Positions 36,898-38,691 of a stretch of DNA of 38,691 bases are shown piece after piece (the first letter of the stretch is position 1; the number at the start of each line of letters is the position of its first letter). The notes beneath the pieces are model-generated. The model did not search any database and was not told the origin of the DNA. It was given only the letters and a program-made list of their open reading frames with translations. The stretch spans positions 1 through 38,691 of the forward strand of contig JBDSMV010000100.1 of the NCBI GenBank assembly GCA_039915715.1, written 5' to 3'. A program made the translations under genes and the position numbers. This stretch comes from Rubrivivax sp. GTDB lineage: Bacteria; Pseudomonadota; Gammaproteobacteria; Burkholderiales; Burkholderiaceae_C.

Positions 36898-38030
36898 TGC
36901 AGCAGGCGATGCAGGCGCGGCGCTGGCCTGCGCGGGCTCTCTTGGCGTGTGGCGCCTTCTGCCTGTGGGCCGCTGCGAACTCGGGCCATGCGGCCGCCGC
37001 TGGCAGCGGTGATCCGCTGGTTGCCGACAACGCAGCCGCCAGTCCCAAGGACGCGCATGCCTGGCTTAGCCGCATCCACCGCGCGGCGACCCGAGGCAAC
37101 TACGAAGGCACGCTGGTGTTCAGCGCCGAAGGCACGATGTCCAGCGCGCGGGTGGCGCACTATGCGGTCGGTGGCCAGACCTACGAAGAGCTGGAAGCAC
37201 TCGACGGTCGGCAGCAGCGCATCGTGCGCCGCAACAACGCTGTCCACACCCTGTGGCCGCAGTCACGGCTGGCGGTGGTCGAAACCCGCGAGACACTGGC
37301 AGCGTTGTCGGCCACGCCGCAGTCCATCGATCCGGTGGCGTTGGAACAGTACAGCCTGCGTTCGGAGGGACCGGCGCGGGTGGCGGGTCGTGACGCCGAA
37401 GTGATCCTGCTGCAACCGCGTGACGACCTGCGCTACGCCCAGCGTCTGTGGGCCGACCGTGCCACCGGCCTGCTGTTGCGCGCCGATGTGCTGGCGCCAG
37501 CAGCAGCAGGGGCGGCGCAACCCGGCGCGCCGCTGCCGGTGCTCGAATCGACAGCGTTCTCCGAAGTGCTGATCGGCGTCAAGCCGCAGCCCCGGCGGCT
37601 GATGCAGGCGCTGCAGGAGTTGGAGCCCGCCGCGTCTTCCGGCGCGGTCAAGGCCGCCGCCGACAGCGGACGCCCGGGTTGGCGGGTGCAGCGTCAACCG
37701 CAGGCCCGCACCACCCTGGGCGCCGAAGGCTGGGTGCTCGAGCATCCGGTGCCCGGGTTTCGCCTGGCGGGTTGCGTAAGACGCGGCATGCACGCGGCGG
37801 CGCCCGACGAACCGGTGCTGCAGGCAGTTTTCACCGATGGCCTGACCCATGTGTCGGTGTTCGTCGAACCCTACAAGGCGGGCGTGCATGGCGAGCCGAT
37901 GCAGGCCCGGCATGGCGCCACCGCTTCGGCCATGATGCGTCGCGGAGAACGTTGGGTCACCATCGTCGGCGATGTGCCCCTGTCGACCTTGATGCGGTTC
38001 GGTGACGCCCTGGTGCGCCAGCCCCGCTGA
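36897..38030 (+). CDS. rseB: RseB/MucB periplasmic regulator
   Basis: Signal peptide, NYEGT.V, LDG, R.AGR, P.D..RY...LW.D..TGLLL, FTDGL..VSVFVE, T.VGDVP. ATG overlaps the rseA stop. Confidence 0.92.
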   Translation: MQQAMQARRWPARALLACGAFCLWAAANSGHAAAAGSGDPLVADNAAASPKDAHAWLSRIHRAATRGNYEGTLVFSAEGTMSSARVAHYAVGGQTYEELEALDGRQQRIVRRNNAVHTLWPQSRLAVVETRETLAALSATPQSIDPVALEQYSLRSEGPARVAGRDAEVILLQPRDDLRYAQRLWADRATGLLLRADVLAPAAAGAAQPGAPLPVLESTAFSEVLIGVKPQPRRLMQALQELEPAASSGAVKAAADSGRPGWRVQRQPQARTTLGAEGWVLEHPVPGFRLAGCVRRGMHAAAPDEPVLQAVFTDGLTHVSVFVEPYKAGVHGEPMQARHGATASAMMRRGERWVTIVGDVPLSTLMRFGDALVRQPR

Positions 38031-38063
38031 CCGCGGCGTGGCACTTCCTGCGGCCGACTTCTG

Positions 38064-38134
38064 TTCCCCGTTTCCCCGCTCCCCGTTCCCCGTTCCCCGT
38101 TCCCCGTTTCCCGTTTCCCGTTTCCCGTTTCCTG
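38064..38134. repeat. Heptamer tandem repeat (TTCCCCG/TTTCCCG) x ~10
   Basis: ttccccg tttccccg ctccccg ttccccg ttccccg ttccccg tttcccg tttcccg tttcccg tttcctg in the rseB-degP intergenic region. Confidence 0.95.
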
Positions 38135-38177
38135 TTCCAGTGTCGCCTTCCTGCCCGTCATCTCGATCGAACCGCCC

Positions 38178-38691
38178 ATGAACCCATCGAACCGACATCC
38201 ACTTGTTCCGACCCTGCGCCTGGCCCTGGCTACGGTGGTGCTTGCAACCGCCGCGGTTCTCCCGCAAGGCGCCCATGCCCAGCAGCCGCTGCCGCCGCCG
38301 ATCGTGTCGCTGCCCGACTTCACCGAACTCGTCGATCGAGTCGGGCCATCGGTGGTCAACATCCGCACCACCGAGCGCCGTGCCAGCAACGCGCCCTCGG
38401 GCATTGACATCGACCCCAACATCGAAGAGTTCTTCCGCCGCTTCGGCATTCCGATGCCGGGCCGTCCCGACCCCCGTCGTGGCGGCCGGGGCGGTGACGC
38501 CGAGCCGCAGCAACGCGGCGTCGGCTCCGGCTTCATCCTGAGCGCCGATGGTTTCGTGATGACCAACGCGCACGTGGTCGACGGTGCCGATGATGTCATC
38601 GTCACCCTGACCGACAAGCGCGAACTCAAAGCCAAGATCATCGGTGTCGACAAGCGCACCGATGTGGCGGTGCTGAAGGTCGAAGCCACCG
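38178..38691 (+). CDS. DegP/MucD (HtrA) periplasmic serine protease, 3' truncated
   Basis: Manual translation: signal peptide ..AHA|Q, LPDFTELV....[46 protein letters not shown]. Confidence 0.93.
   Translation, partial: MNPSNRHPLVPTLRLALATVVLATAAVLPQGAHAQQPLPPPIVSLPDFTELVDRVGPSVVNIRTTERRASNAPSGIDIDPNIEEFFRRFGIPMPGRPDPRRGGRGGDAEPQQRGVGSGFILSADGFVMTNAHVVDGADDVIVTLTDKRELKAKIIGVDKRTDVAVLKVEAT

Noticed and set aside
38064-38134. CRISPR array or coding repeat (ORFs 37263..38573 and 37871..38689)
   Set aside because: 7-bp units without spacers and no cas genes; the ORFs crossing it are antisense to rseB/degP.
1-38691. Mobile elements, tRNA or rRNA genes
   Set aside because: No transposase or integrase motifs, terminal repeats or RNA-gene signatures recognised by eye.

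Overview
High-GC (~68%) window, probably from a betaproteobacterium (Burkholderiales-like, inferred from gene order and protein style). The right half (~24-38.7 kb) is ordinary core genome: a WecA/MraY-family transferase, DEAD-box helicase, RsmI-like methylase, maf, yceD-rpmF-plsX-fabH-fabD-fabG-acpP-fabF, then rpoE-rseA-rseB-degP. The left ~24 kb is one minus-strand surface-biogenesis locus with four parts. (1) A minimal Wzx/Wzy polysaccharide cassette: multi-SLBB export protein, Wzz-like co-polymerase, FkbM methyltransferase, flippase, a single glycosyltransferase, WecB and an EpsG/Wzy polymerase. (2) Directly following it, an unusually ordered type II secretion system, gspF-G-H-I-J-K-L-M-C-D...E. 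(3) Between gspD and gspE, a 564-aa Sec-exported Ala/Thr/Ser/Val/Gly-rich protein with its own promoter and terminator, a strong S-layer candidate. (4) After gspE, a TPR/GT41 O-GlcNAc-transferase-like gene truncated by the window edge. The best candidate for a new system is this S-layer + dedicated T2SS + anchoring glycan + protein glycosyltransferase module. All product calls come from reading motifs by eye; no database searches were run.
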